DNA of 45,114 nt, from positions 1 to 45,114 of the forward strand of contig CADAPI010000015.1 in the NCBI GenBank assembly GCA_902789705.1. The letters run 5' to 3'. Positions 9,261 to 19,300 of the stretch are shown piece after piece. The notes under the pieces were generated by a model. It saw only the letters and a program-made list of their open reading frames with translations, did no database searches and was not told the origin of the DNA. The position numbers and the translations under genes were made by a program. Position 1 is the stretch's first letter, and each line of letters starts with the position of its first letter. Source of the stretch: an uncultured Ruminococcus sp. (GTDB lineage Bacteria > Bacillota > Clostridia > Oscillospirales > Ruminococcaceae).

Positions 9261-9842
9261 ATGGAACAAACAGAACAGCAGTATGTTACTATAAAAGAAT
9301 TTGCAACGCTTGCAAATGTAACAACTCAGGCAGTTTACAAACGATTAAACCAGACAGACAGTTCATTAAACAAGTTTGTAAAGTATAACGGAAAGATGAA
9401 ACTCATAAGCAAGGATGCACTTGAACTTTTTGCCGATGCGCCTGTAAACCAGCAGGGCGAAGGTGACGGAATATACGAAGATATCAGCCTTCAGGCACAG
9501 ACAACCCTGTTTTCATCCTACTTTGATGCAACTTTAAAGGTTTTATCGGAACAGATAAGCTCAAAGGACCAGCAGATAAAACAGCTTATGGACTGCAATA
9601 CTGATCAGCATCTGAAGATGCAGCAGCAGCTTGAAATGAAGGATAAACAGCTTCAGGAACAGCTTTCTGCAAAGGACAGACAGATAGCAGACCTTCAGAA
9701 ACTTCTTGATCAGCAGCAGCAGCTCCACCGCGCGGAACAGGAACAGTTCAGACTGATAGCGGCTGATACAACCAAGGAAGAGAAAAAGGGCTTTTTCAAG
9801 AGACTGTTCCACAAAAAAGACGTAGAAACAAGCGAAGCGTGA
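9261..9842 (+). CDS. HTH/coiled-coil DNA-binding protein with C-terminal amphipathic helix (DUF536; pSK1 Par/RacA-like)
   Basis: N-terminal TIKEFATLANVTTQAVYKRL HTH; KDQQIKQL/KDKQL/KDRQIADL coiled coil; LLDQQQQL; KKGFFKRLF tail; GGAGG RBS. Confidence 0.8.
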   Translation: MEQTEQQYVTIKEFATLANVTTQAVYKRLNQTDSSLNKFVKYNGKMKLISKDALELFADAPVNQQGEGDGIYEDISLQAQTTLFSSYFDATLKVLSEQISSKDQQIKQLMDCNTDQHLKMQQQLEMKDKQLQEQLSAKDRQIADLQKLLDQQQQLHRAEQEQFRLIAADTTKEEKKGFFKRLFHKKDVETSEA

Positions 9843-9870
9843 TACAAACGTTTAAACTGTAATTAAACAA

Positions 9871-9913
9871 AAACAAGCCGTCAACCAACTTAGTACTGGT
9901 TGACGGCTTGTTT
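9871..9913. terminator. Bidirectional terminator between the DUF536-like gene and prmC
   Basis: AAACAAGCCGTCAACCA...TGGTTGACGGCTTGTTT perfect 17-bp stem. Confidence 0.7.
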
Positions 9914-10039
9914 ATTATGGTTTAAAACAAACTGAAAGCGTTAATAAACTATGCAAACATGCAACTGTTGAAATGAAAACTGTGTAACGGTTGTGTTGGT
10001 TTATAACGCTGATGTGTTTAAAAAGAATTGTAAACTGAA

Positions 10040-10903
10040 TTAAAACAGCGTCTGACCGTTGTAAACACCGGATACAACTCTGATAACACCGCAAAGATCG
10101 GTATGGGTTTCCACGTTTGTAAACCCGTTTTCGGTAAGTATCTGTGATACGTCCCCTTCCTGGTGAATGCCAATCTCATAGTAAAGCTTTCCGCCCGGCT
10201 TAAGGCAGTGCTTCCAGAGTGCAGTTATGACCTTATAGAACAGTAAACCGTCAGAGCCGCCTGCAAGTGCCATTTCAGGCTCGTATGCAACCTCGGCCTG
10301 AAGGTTTGCCATGTCTTCATCTGTAAGATACGGCGGGTTGGATGTTATAATATCAAGGTCATTAAAGTTTAAAAAGAATTCCGGATCAAGAACATCACCT
10401 TTGTAAACCTTAACGGATGAGTTGTTCAGACTGATATTCATGTTAAGATAATCGAGAGCAGCATCAGAATACTCTACAGCGCCAATGTCAGCGTTTACAA
10501 GGTGTTTTTTAAGAGCAACAGGGATACAGCCGCTGCCGCTGCAGAGATCGAGAATACGTGGCCCGGACAGGTTGGAAGCGTCGTTTAAAACACATTCAAC
10601 CAGAGTTTCAGTATCCTGACGCGGGATAAGGACTCCTTCACCAACAAAAAACGGAAGTCCGAAGAACTCCCATTTTCCTATTATATACTGCAGAGGATAA
10701 CCTTCTAAACGGCGGTTTGCCATAGTAATGATAAGCGCTTCATCTTCATCTGCAACCGGTTTGTCAGGGTCTGCTAAAAGAGCTGCATGGGAAAGGTTTA
10801 ACGCACTTTCAACTATGCATCTGCTTTCGAAAGTATAGTTTTCAATTCCGGCATTTTTAAACCTGCTTTTGATTTCGTTTAATACAGAACCTGCGGTTAC
10901 CAA
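10040..10903 (-). CDS. prmC: Release factor glutamine methyltransferase PrmC/HemK
   Basis: GYPLQYIIG, VLIPRQDTE, LDLCSGSGCI, SNPPY, EPEMALAGGSDGL; probable TTG start at 10903 after AGGAGG. Confidence 0.93.
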   Translation of the reverse strand: MVTAGSVLNEIKSRFKNAGIENYTFESRCIVESALNLSHAALLADPDKPVADEDEALIITMANRRLEGYPLQYIIGKWEFFGLPFFVGEGVLIPRQDTETLVECVLNDASNLSGPRILDLCSGSGCIPVALKKHLVNADIGAVEYSDAALDYLNMNISLNNSSVKVYKGDVLDPEFFLNFNDLDIITSNPPYLTDEDMANLQAEVAYEPEMALAGGSDGLLFYKVITALWKHCLKPGGKLYYEIGIHQEGDVSQILTENGFTNVETHTDLCGVIRVVSGVYNGQTLF

Positions 10904-11850
10904 ACGTCTTCCTCCTGGTTTTCCGGTATACAAGGTTTGATCGCTGCGATTGCAACTTCGATCTGTGAGTCATCAGGTTCACGGGTTGTGAGTCTCTGGA
11001 TCTGTAAACCTGGTGCAGATATAATTTTTGTGAATGCGTTGCATTTTTTACCTGCAAGCCTGATGAGCTCGTAGGCAATTCCAATAATGATAGGAAGGAG
11101 GGCGAGCTGTATGCCGAGTCTCATGAATATACGTGCCGCTTTTCCGTATTCAGCAAAGGAAGGAATGAAGCAGAAAACAAATATACTTGTAAAGAGAGTG
11201 ATAAAAATGAAGCTTGTGCCGCATCTCGGGTGGAAACGCACCTGCTTTTTTACGTTTGCAACCGTCAGTTCCTCGTGTGCTTCGAGGCAGGCGATGGTTT
11301 TATGCTCAGCACCGTGATACTCGTATGTGCGTTTGATGTCCTTTGACATTCCGGTCACTGCGAGATATCCGATGAAAATAGCTATTTTGAGAATACCTTC
11401 AGCAGCTGTTCTGAGAACAGTTATATTTTCAAGCGGTTTGGTGCATAAAGTCGGAATGAACTTGAAGAGGAACAAACTGATAAGAACGCCGAGAACCATT
11501 GCAATACCGGAGAGAACGCTCATAAGATTTTCTCCCAGTTTGTCAGTGAGCCATTTTTCGAACTTCGTCATTTCTTCCTCGGAATCTTCTTCTGTCATCT
11601 GCTTTTCAGCTGACTTCATGAGACATTTGTAACCTGTTACGAGTGATGATATGAAATTGAAACTGCCCCTTATAAACGGTGTTTTCTTGTACCAGGGAGC
11701 ACTTTTTCCGTTGTTTTCATCCCAGGTTTCAAGGTCGATAGTTCCGTCAGGAAGGCGGCAGGCCATTGCCCCTTTGTGGACACCTTTCATCATGACCCCT
11801 TCGATCAGCGCCTGACCGCCGATTTTTGACTTGTAAACTTCTTTGCTCAT
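10897..11850 (-). CDS. DUF1385 (YqhQ-like) membrane protein
   Basis: IGGQALIEGVMM, YHGAEHKTI, RFHPRCGTSF, QRLTTREPDDSQIEVAI; typical position upstream of prmC. Confidence 0.9.
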   Translation of the reverse strand: MSKEVYKSKIGGQALIEGVMMKGVHKGAMACRLPDGTIDLETWDENNGKSAPWYKKTPFIRGSFNFISSLVTGYKCLMKSAEKQMTEEDSEEEMTKFEKWLTDKLGENLMSVLSGIAMVLGVLISLFLFKFIPTLCTKPLENITVLRTAAEGILKIAIFIGYLAVTGMSKDIKRTYEYHGAEHKTIACLEAHEELTVANVKKQVRFHPRCGTSFIFITLFTSIFVFCFIPSFAEYGKAARIFMRLGIQLALLPIIIGIAYELIRLAGKKCNAFTKIISAPGLQIQRLTTREPDDSQIEVAIAAIKPCIPENQEEDVW

Positions 11851-11872
11851 GGTTACCTCTTTCTTTAATGAT

Positions 11873-13360
11873 TTACAGATCGTTCAAACCGGAATCTTCC
11901 GTAGGCAGAATGATCTGGACTGTGGTGCCTACGTGTTCCTCACTTGTTATATTCAGACTTCCGTGATGCATTGTGATTATCTCGTCTGCAACCGCTAAAC
12001 CTATTCCCGAACCACGCTTGGTGTGGTTAGCTTTATAGAACTTTGTCTTGATCTTAGGAAGGTCAGCAGCCGGAATTCCGCAGCCGTTGTCCTTAATGGT
12101 TATAGAAAGGTGATCTTCGTCTAGTTTGCTTGCGTTTATTTCGATAAAGCTTTCGTGATCAGGGCTGCTTGAGTACTTTATAGCGTTGTCGATTATGTTG
12201 ATGAACACCTGACGTATACGGTTTTTGTCGGCGTATATGAACGGGAGCATCTCAGGTGAATTGTAACTGATGTGTGTGTTGTCGTGACGCGCCTTTTCGG
12301 TGTATATGAGTATTGCGTCCTCGAGTTCGGCAAGAATGTCAATCTTGGAGATCTGGAGAGTGAATTTTCCGTTCTGGATACGCGAGAAATCGAGAAGTTC
12401 CTCGACCATCTGGGAAAGACGCTCGGTTTCGCTGACAATGACTCTGATGCCTTTTCTGGTCGTTTCCTCGTCATTTCCTGCGTTGATGGTCTCTGCCCAC
12501 CCCTTGATCGCTGTGAGCGGCGTACGGAGCTCGTGAGAAACCGATGAAATGAATTCGTTTTTCATTGCCTCTGCGGTTGACAACTCATCTGCCATGTCGT
12601 TGATAGATATGCAGAGCTGTCCGAGCTCGTCATTGGTTTCGATCGGTATGCGTTCTGTAAAGTTGCCCATTGCAAATTTCTTGGTTGCACCACTTATTTT
12701 CTGCACGGGACGCACAATGGAACCTACAAAGTATACACCCGAGAAAACAAGGGGGAGAATACTCAGTATACAGAAAGCGATTATAAGAAGTGTAAAAGAT
12801 GTTATCCTGCTGTCGACCTCTGATATTGATACTACCATGCGCAGGGCAGAGTAATTGGCATTATTGGCGGAGAGAGGGCAGGAAACAGCCATTATTTTTT
12901 CGTTGTTCTCGGATCTGCCGAACCAGTAACCTGTACTTCCGGATGCGATCGCTTCATCGTAGTCGTTCATTGAGATGGAGTCGTCCGGTGAAAAACCTGA
13001 TGATGTGAGTACTACTTTTCCCTTTGAGTTGATCGCCATCAGCTCTATCTTGTCCTTGTCAGTAAAGGTCTCGACCATGTTGCGGACTTCTGCTGAGAAG
13101 TTCCTGGATGTATCGGTTGAATACCTGTTGAGTACACCGGTCATTGTCTGAACTTTATTGGAAAGGTACTGCCGGGATGCATTATAATAATAGTTCTGTA
13201 TCGCATAGATCATTATGGTTGCAATTACAAAGAGGACAAGTATCAGTACCGCGAGGTTGTTGAACACCCATCTGTAAACTATGGAATTCTTTGCGAGCCG
13301 CTTTTTTTCGTGATTTTTCTGCGGTTGCAAAAGAGGTTTAAAACTTATTTTTCGGTCCAT
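11873..13360 (-). CDS. HAMP-domain sensor histidine kinase
   Basis: Two TM segments, HAMP, H-box SHELRTPLT, N-box NIIDNAIKY, DNGCGI, GSGIGL; exact start uncertain. Confidence 0.93.
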   Translation of the reverse strand: MDRKISFKPLLQPQKNHEKKRLAKNSIVYRWVFNNLAVLILVLFVIATIMIYAIQNYYYNASRQYLSNKVQTMTGVLNRYSTDTSRNFSAEVRNMVETFTDKDKIELMAINSKGKVVLTSSGFSPDDSISMNDYDEAIASGSTGYWFGRSENNEKIMAVSCPLSANNANYSALRMVVSISEVDSRITSFTLLIIAFCILSILPLVFSGVYFVGSIVRPVQKISGATKKFAMGNFTERIPIETNDELGQLCISINDMADELSTAEAMKNEFISSVSHELRTPLTAIKGWAETINAGNDEETTRKGIRVIVSETERLSQMVEELLDFSRIQNGKFTLQISKIDILAELEDAILIYTEKARHDNTHISYNSPEMLPFIYADKNRIRQVFINIIDNAIKYSSSPDHESFIEINASKLDEDHLSITIKDNGCGIPAADLPKIKTKFYKANHTKRGSGIGLAVADEIITMHHGSLNITSEEHVGTTVQIILPTEDSGLNDL

Positions 13361-14043
13361 TTATAGCCGTATCCCCACATTGTTATGATGTACTGCGGAC
13401 TGGATGGTTCGTCTTCGATCTTCATTCTGATTCGTCTTATGTTTACATCGACGATCTTTTCATCACCGACGTAGGATTCGCCCCAGATGTGATTGAGTAT
13501 ACTGGTTCTGTCGAGAGCTGTATTCTTGTTGTTCATGAAATATTCGAGTATCTGGTACTCAACCTGTGTGAGATCGATGAGCTTTCCGTTCTTAGATACT
13601 GTACGGCTCTTGAGATTGAGCTGGAACGGGCCTGATTCGATCACCGGCGGCTCATCTGATTTGGAATAGCTCATGAGTACGCGGCGGTAGATGGCGTCAA
13701 CGCGGGCTGTGAGCTCAGAAGGAGAGAACGGCTTTGTCATGTAGTCGTCAGCTCCGATCATGAGACCGCTTACCTTGTCCATTTCCTGAGTTTTCGCTGA
13801 AAGCATGATAATGCCGAGGGTCGAGCTTTTTTCCCTGAGTTTTTTGCAGACCGTGAAGCCGTCTATACCAGGCATCATAATGTCCAGCAGAGCTACGTCA
13901 AAGTTTCCGTGTTCGCTGTCGAATACACGAAGCGCTTCTTCGCCGCAGTTTACGTCAGTTACGTCGTATCCGGCACGTTTAAGATTGATGACGACAAAGT
14001 CACGGATAACGTCTTCATCTTCGCATACAAGTATCTTTTTCAT
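13345..14043 (-). CDS. OmpR-family response regulator
   Basis: ILVCEDE, LLDIMMPGIDG, GADDYMTKPFS, winged helix VDVNIRRIRMKIE...TMWGYGYKW. Confidence 0.95.
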   Translation of the reverse strand: MKKILVCEDEDVIRDFVVINLKRAGYDVTDVNCGEEALRVFDSEHGNFDVALLDIMMPGIDGFTVCKKLREKSSTLGIIMLSAKTQEMDKVSGLMIGADDYMTKPFSPSELTARVDAIYRRVLMSYSKSDEPPVIESGPFQLNLKSRTVSKNGKLIDLTQVEYQILEYFMNNKNTALDRTSILNHIWGESYVGDEKIVDVNIRRIRMKIEDEPSSPQYIITMWGYGYKWTEK

Positions 14044-14057
14044 ATTCTGCTCCTTCT

Positions 14058-15428
14058 TTAATTGATTATTTTGAAATTAAACTGTATTTCACTTGCCGAA
14101 AGTGCAAGAGGACCGCTGTATACAGACCGGCATACCAGATAAACCGTGTCTCCGTTCGAGCTGATCTTTACATAGTCGGCGTATTCCTTTTCGTTTATTA
14201 TGCGTTCCGCTTCTTCGGAACTGGTTACGCAGATACGCATCAGCTGAGTCTGGTTTTCAGCTTTTTCATCGTATTTGCAGAAAATTATATCGTCATTTGC
14301 TGTACGGACGGTAACTTTGTTTTCCCATTTTTCGGGGATCATAAAGGCATAGCCGTCTGTTATGCTGTAGTAACCGGAATATTTTCTGATGAACATGTTG
14401 TTTTCGAGAACGTACCAGTTCGTCATGCTTATCTGTTCGGTGTCCGGTTTATCCTCGTATCCCTTGAAAACTGAATTTACCGGTATCTCAACCACTCCGT
14501 CACCGTCGATATCCCTTGAGAGAAGCGATGAATTGCGGACCGTGCCGTTTACAGGCGAGGAGTCGGCGTTGTCAGCCGTAACACGGATAAGTGAGATCGT
14601 GTCGTCCTTTACTTCCGGACGAAGTATCTCGGTTATAATGGTATTGGTGTTTATGTATGAGTCGAGATAGATCGCGGTGGTGTTTTCGTTTAGTTTTCCG
14701 TAGATCATCTGAAGTACGTCGGTTACGTTGCCGGCGAGTTCAAGTACAGGACCGGAAACAAGTTTATTGTTTTCGTTGAGCCATTTCAGCTGAGCCGTGT
14801 TCCCGTCAGGAGTACAGTTTATCATGAGCAGCTCGTTCATCGAGTCGTTGTTTATATCAGTGATGTCCATTGCCGCATAATAGCCTAAGGGCTGCGGTTC
14901 AGGCTTCTGCTCGTCATTGTAGCTGAACAGCTGGGCACTTTTTACAGTCTGTAAACCTGTGCCTATAATTACGTTTTTCACATCAGAAGCACCGAGTTTT
15001 GAAATAAACACTCGTTCGACTTCTGTTCCTTCGGCAGCGAAGTCATACATGGAATCCCAGCGGCCTTCCTTCTGATCAAGAAAGTTGATTCTCAGTGTGG
15101 AGAAGTCGTTTACCGTATAATTGGCCTTTTCGTAGAAAACGATGGCTTCATCGGTAGGCTCATCGTCTATGTCCGAAACAACGAAGGCTGAAAGGAAGGA
15201 ACCGGATTTAGGGTATTTAAGGTTTATTTTTGACCCTTCTGTATTTATGAGGGCGTTGTATATCTGTTCGTGCTGTTCGCTGAGCTTAGGCGGTTTAAGA
15301 TAGGTCTCGATACCTGCGCCGATGGAAGCACATCCTGACAGAAAAACTGCTGTGACCGCCGCTGCGACCGGCATAATAATGTGCTGCTTTATGTGGATTC
15401 CTCCTTCCTTATCTGAACTGACATTCAT
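14058..15428 (-). CDS. Lipoprotein with DxDxDG Ca-binding-type repeats, first gene of the two-component operon
   Basis: Lipobox FLSGC; DIDDEPTDE, DINNDSMNE, DIDGDGVVE; true start probably near 15392 or 15374. Confidence 0.75.
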   Translation of the reverse strand: MNVSSDKEGGIHIKQHIIMPVAAAVTAVFLSGCASIGAGIETYLKPPKLSEQHEQIYNALINTEGSKINLKYPKSGSFLSAFVVSDIDDEPTDEAIVFYEKANYTVNDFSTLRINFLDQKEGRWDSMYDFAAEGTEVERVFISKLGASDVKNVIIGTGLQTVKSAQLFSYNDEQKPEPQPLGYYAAMDITDINNDSMNELLMINCTPDGNTAQLKWLNENNKLVSGPVLELAGNVTDVLQMIYGKLNENTTAIYLDSYINTNTIITEILRPEVKDDTISLIRVTADNADSSPVNGTVRNSSLLSRDIDGDGVVEIPVNSVFKGYEDKPDTEQISMTNWYVLENNMFIRKYSGYYSITDGYAFMIPEKWENKVTVRTANDDIIFCKYDEKAENQTQLMRICVTSSEEAERIINEKEYADYVKISSNGDTVYLVCRSVYSGPLALSASEIQFNFKIIN

Positions 15429-15688
15429 AATTATTATATCACAATGTTACACCAAAGGCAAATATTTTATGTATATACGTAAAAGCAAGGGTTGTTTTTA
15501 TTGCGTATGAGAAATTGGACTTTACTATGATCAAATTATGATTTTTATATGTTACTATTGTGATTATTATTGACAAAGAAGGAAGTAGTGCGTATAATAT
15601 CTATAGATGATAACGGTATAAATACTACAGACAGCAGGTCCGGATTTGCGGATGCTGCTTAAAGAATGGCACGGAAGGAGGATACCAG

Positions 15689-16111
15689 TTGATATATTCA
15701 TATCCAGGATGTTTTTTTCAGCGCCCGGATGGTAAATACTGCGTGGTGTTTTCTGATCTGAATAATCTTGCAGCTTTCGGAAGCAGTTTTGATCAGGCAC
15801 TGGCAAATGCAGTGAATCTTCTCGCAGGATACATTTACAATCTTATCATGAAAAAAGAACGGATCCCTGAACCTTCAGATATCCAGAGCCTGAGACCGTA
15901 TGTGGGTGACGGATATTCAAGAGCTTTTTTTCAGACAGTGAACGTGGATGTAGACGAGTACGCAAAGTATTATTACAACAGCAAGACAGAAGCGACAGTC
16001 ACTCTTCCGAGGTGGCTTGAGGAATATGCCAGAAGGGAGCAGATCGATATTTCGGCAGTGATCCAGGCATATCTTACGGAAAGATACAATAAACAGCATA
16101 CTGTAGGATGA
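15689..16111 (+). CDS. HicB-family antitoxin-like protein (orphan)
   Basis: YPGCF...YCVVFSDL...GSSFDQALANA...IPEPSDI...VTLPRWL (RNase H-like fold plus RHH); TTG start after GGAGG. Confidence 0.75.
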   Translation: MIYSYPGCFFQRPDGKYCVVFSDLNNLAAFGSSFDQALANAVNLLAGYIYNLIMKKERIPEPSDIQSLRPYVGDGYSRAFFQTVNVDVDEYAKYYYNSKTEATVTLPRWLEEYARREQIDISAVIQAYLTERYNKQHTVG

Positions 16112-16117
16112 TTCGTG

Positions 16118-16160
16118 TAAGATCCTTTCATTTCAGATGACGGAATGAAAGGATCTTTTA
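16118..16160 (+). terminator. Intrinsic terminator
   Basis: AAGATCCTTTCATT...AATGAAAGGATCTTTT. Confidence 0.6.
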
Positions 16161-16360
16161 ATTTACTTAAATTGCTTAAATGAAAAACAGCTTAATTTAA
16201 GTAAATATTCTATATTGCTGATGCTATTTTCTGTGATGTTGCATAATTGAATTCTCTATTTCTCTGTGATATAATTAAATTAAGATAATATGGTCGGTTT
16301 ATTTATGACTGACCGAAAATTGGTGAATTGTAATAGTATTTATTTTAGGAGGAATTTAAG

Positions 16361-19300
16361 TTGAATTCAAAAGATTTAAGAAGATTCTGCAGCATGACAG
16401 CTGCGCTTGCACTTACCGCTTCAGTTTTCAGCATTTATCCGCAGGCAGAACCAGCTTCCGTTCAGGCGGCTTCCGCAAAGTACGAGTTTGAAGATGCTGA
16501 ATTTACAGGCACGGTCAAAGTTGACAAGGATTCCGCTGCAAGCGGCGGATCAATCCTCTACATGACAGAGGACGGTACCATTACAGTTACAGTAAATGCT
16601 GATGCAGACGGTATGTACGACATCATTATGGCTGCAGACGGTGTCGGCGGCGGAAAACAGCAGAATCTTTACGTCAACGATACATCAGCCGGAAATATTT
16701 CAATTGCTGAGGGTTCAGGTGACTACAAGCCTTTTACTGCAGCAACTGTAAAGCTTAACAAGGGCAAAAACACAATAAAGATCTCCAAGTCATGGGGCTG
16801 GACTAAGTTTGACTACCTTGAGGTAAAGGCAAGAGTTTATGAGACTGTATCTGGCAGCGCTGTGCTCTCGAACAAAAAAGCTACAAAGGAAACTCAGAGT
16901 CTCATGAACTATCTTGCATCCGTTTACGGTAAACACACCGTTTCCGGTCAGCAGGAGATCTACAAGTACGGTCCGCATGATTTTGAAACAGAATTTGAGT
17001 ACATCAAGGATACAACAGGTGTTTATCCTGCAATAAGAGGTTTTGACTTCCTTAACACCAACCCTCTTTACGGATCTGATGACGGAACAACTGACAGGAT
17101 CATTGAATGGTGCACTAAGAATCAGTACGGAAACAACGGTATTGCAACTGCTTCATGGCACATTACAGTTCCGAATGATTTTACTTCATATAAGATCGGT
17201 GATAAGGTAGACTGGGCTAAGTCCACATACAAGCCGGATGAAACTGACTTTGACGCTTCAAAGGTCTGCACTGAAGGCACAAAGGAATATGAATACTACC
17301 AGCTTTGTCTTAAGATGCTTGCTGAACAGCTTACAAAGCTTCAGGATGCAAAGGTACCGCTTATTTTCAGACCTCTTCACGAAGCTGAAGGCGGCGGCGG
17401 AGAAACAGGCTCATGGTTCTGGTGGGGCAAGAGCGGTTCAAAGACCTACAAGGATATCTGGAAGCTTACATATAAAACTCTCACGGAAACATACGGACTC
17501 AACAATATCATCTGGGAATGGAACGGATATGACTATGCAACATCCGGAGACTGGTATCCGGGAGATGAATATGTAGACCTCGTTGCATACGACAAGTACA
17601 GCTGTACAAAGTATCTTGCTGAAAACAACTGGCAGCCTTCTGTACAGCATGATGATACTGCTGCAGGCAGCACATTCTGGAGCCTTGTAAATCTTACAGA
17701 CAAGAGCAAGATGGTTGCAATGGCTGAATGCGACTGTATTTCAACTCTTTCGAACATTGAAACGGAACACGCTAACTGGCTTTATTTCTGCCCTTGGTAT
17801 GACGGTGGTTCAGACAATATAAACTTCCTTTCAAACCCTGTATTCAACAAGAAGGAAGATTTAAAGGAAATGTACACAAGTGACTATTGTATCTCACTTG
17901 ATGAGCTTCCGAAGGACCTCTATTCAAACGGCAGTGCGCCGGTTGTCAACCCGACTGCAACTGCAAAACCGACAGTTTCACCCTCTGCTTCGGCTTCTCC
18001 TTCGCCTTCTCCAACGGTTTCTCCTACTAATTCCACAGGCGAAAAACCTATAGATATAAAGGACGGCGGAAAGATCGAATTTGAAAACGGAGTCCTTACA
18101 GGCGGCGGTACAACCGAGATCGTTAAGTCAGACGCTGCAAGCGGTGGAAAGTACGTATATCTCCAGACAGCAAAGGATACTCTTACATTTACAGTAAATG
18201 TAAAGGAAGCAGGCCTTTACAAAATGGTATTCGGCTACAAGCAGGCTTACGATGAAGGCGGAAAGATCCAGAATGTTCTCGTAAACGGCGTAGTTGCTGA
18301 GAATGTTTCCTTCCCGTATACCGAAAAGTTCATCGAAACACCTGGCACTGTCATCTCGCTTAAGGAAGGCAGAAACACTATCGCAGTTGAGAGCAGCTGG
18401 GGCTGGACAGATCTTGACTATTTCACACTTACAAAGGCTGAAGCAACGAAGGTGGATGCTTCAAAGGCTTCGCTTTCAAACAAAAATGCATCTGCAGCTG
18501 CGAAGTCGCTATACAGCTACATCTGCAGCGAATACGGCAAGGCGATCATCTCAGGTCAGCAGGAATCAACATGGATGTCCGGCGGTGCTGACTATGAAAT
18601 GAACTATATCAAGGACGCAAGCGGCAAGCTCCCTGCTATGAGAGGTCTCGACTACATGGGCGACGACTTCGACGGCGTAAACAAACGTGCAAAGGAATGG
18701 TTCGAAAAGGGCGGTATTGTTACAATATGCTGGCACTGCGGATCTGACTTCTCAAGAGACTATGACGCAAGCAAGGCCGACGATCTCGACTGGGACAAGG
18801 CTCTTACACCGGGCACTGATGAATACAAGGCACTCTCGACAGCTATGGACAAGGGAGCAAAGGCTCTTAAGGAACTGAAGGATGCCGGTATTCCGGTTAT
18901 CTGGAGACCGTTCCACGAATTTGACGGAGCGTGGTTCTGGTGGGGCAAAGGCGGCGCCGAGAACTTTAAGAAGCTCTGGAAGATGATGTACGAGAAGTAC
19001 ACAAATGAATGGGAACTCGACAATCTTATCTGGTCACTCGGATTTACAGCTTCCGTTCCTGCGGAATGGTATCCGGGCGATGAATACGTAGATATCGCAG
19101 GTGCAGATACATACGTTGAAAATGACGGTTCACTCATTGGTATGTACAACAAGGTCGTTGACATTGTTGGCACAGACACACCGGTAATTCTTCACGAAAA
19201 CGGTTCTATTCCGAATCCTGAAAACCTTGAAGCAGACGGTGCTTACTGGAGCAGCTTCATGACATGGCATACAGAATGGATCACAGATTCAAAGTGGAAC

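Larger units (their letters stand above)
8966..11010. repeat. Dispersed field of TAAACC/GGTTTA (and CAACC/GGTTG) motifs, candidate centromere-like binding region
   Basis: 17 exact hexamers counted by eye: 8966, 8983, 8991, 9066, 9074, 9092, 9102, 9346, 9445, 9919, 9998, 10120, 10244, 10404, 10795, 10858, 11005. Confidence 0.65.
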
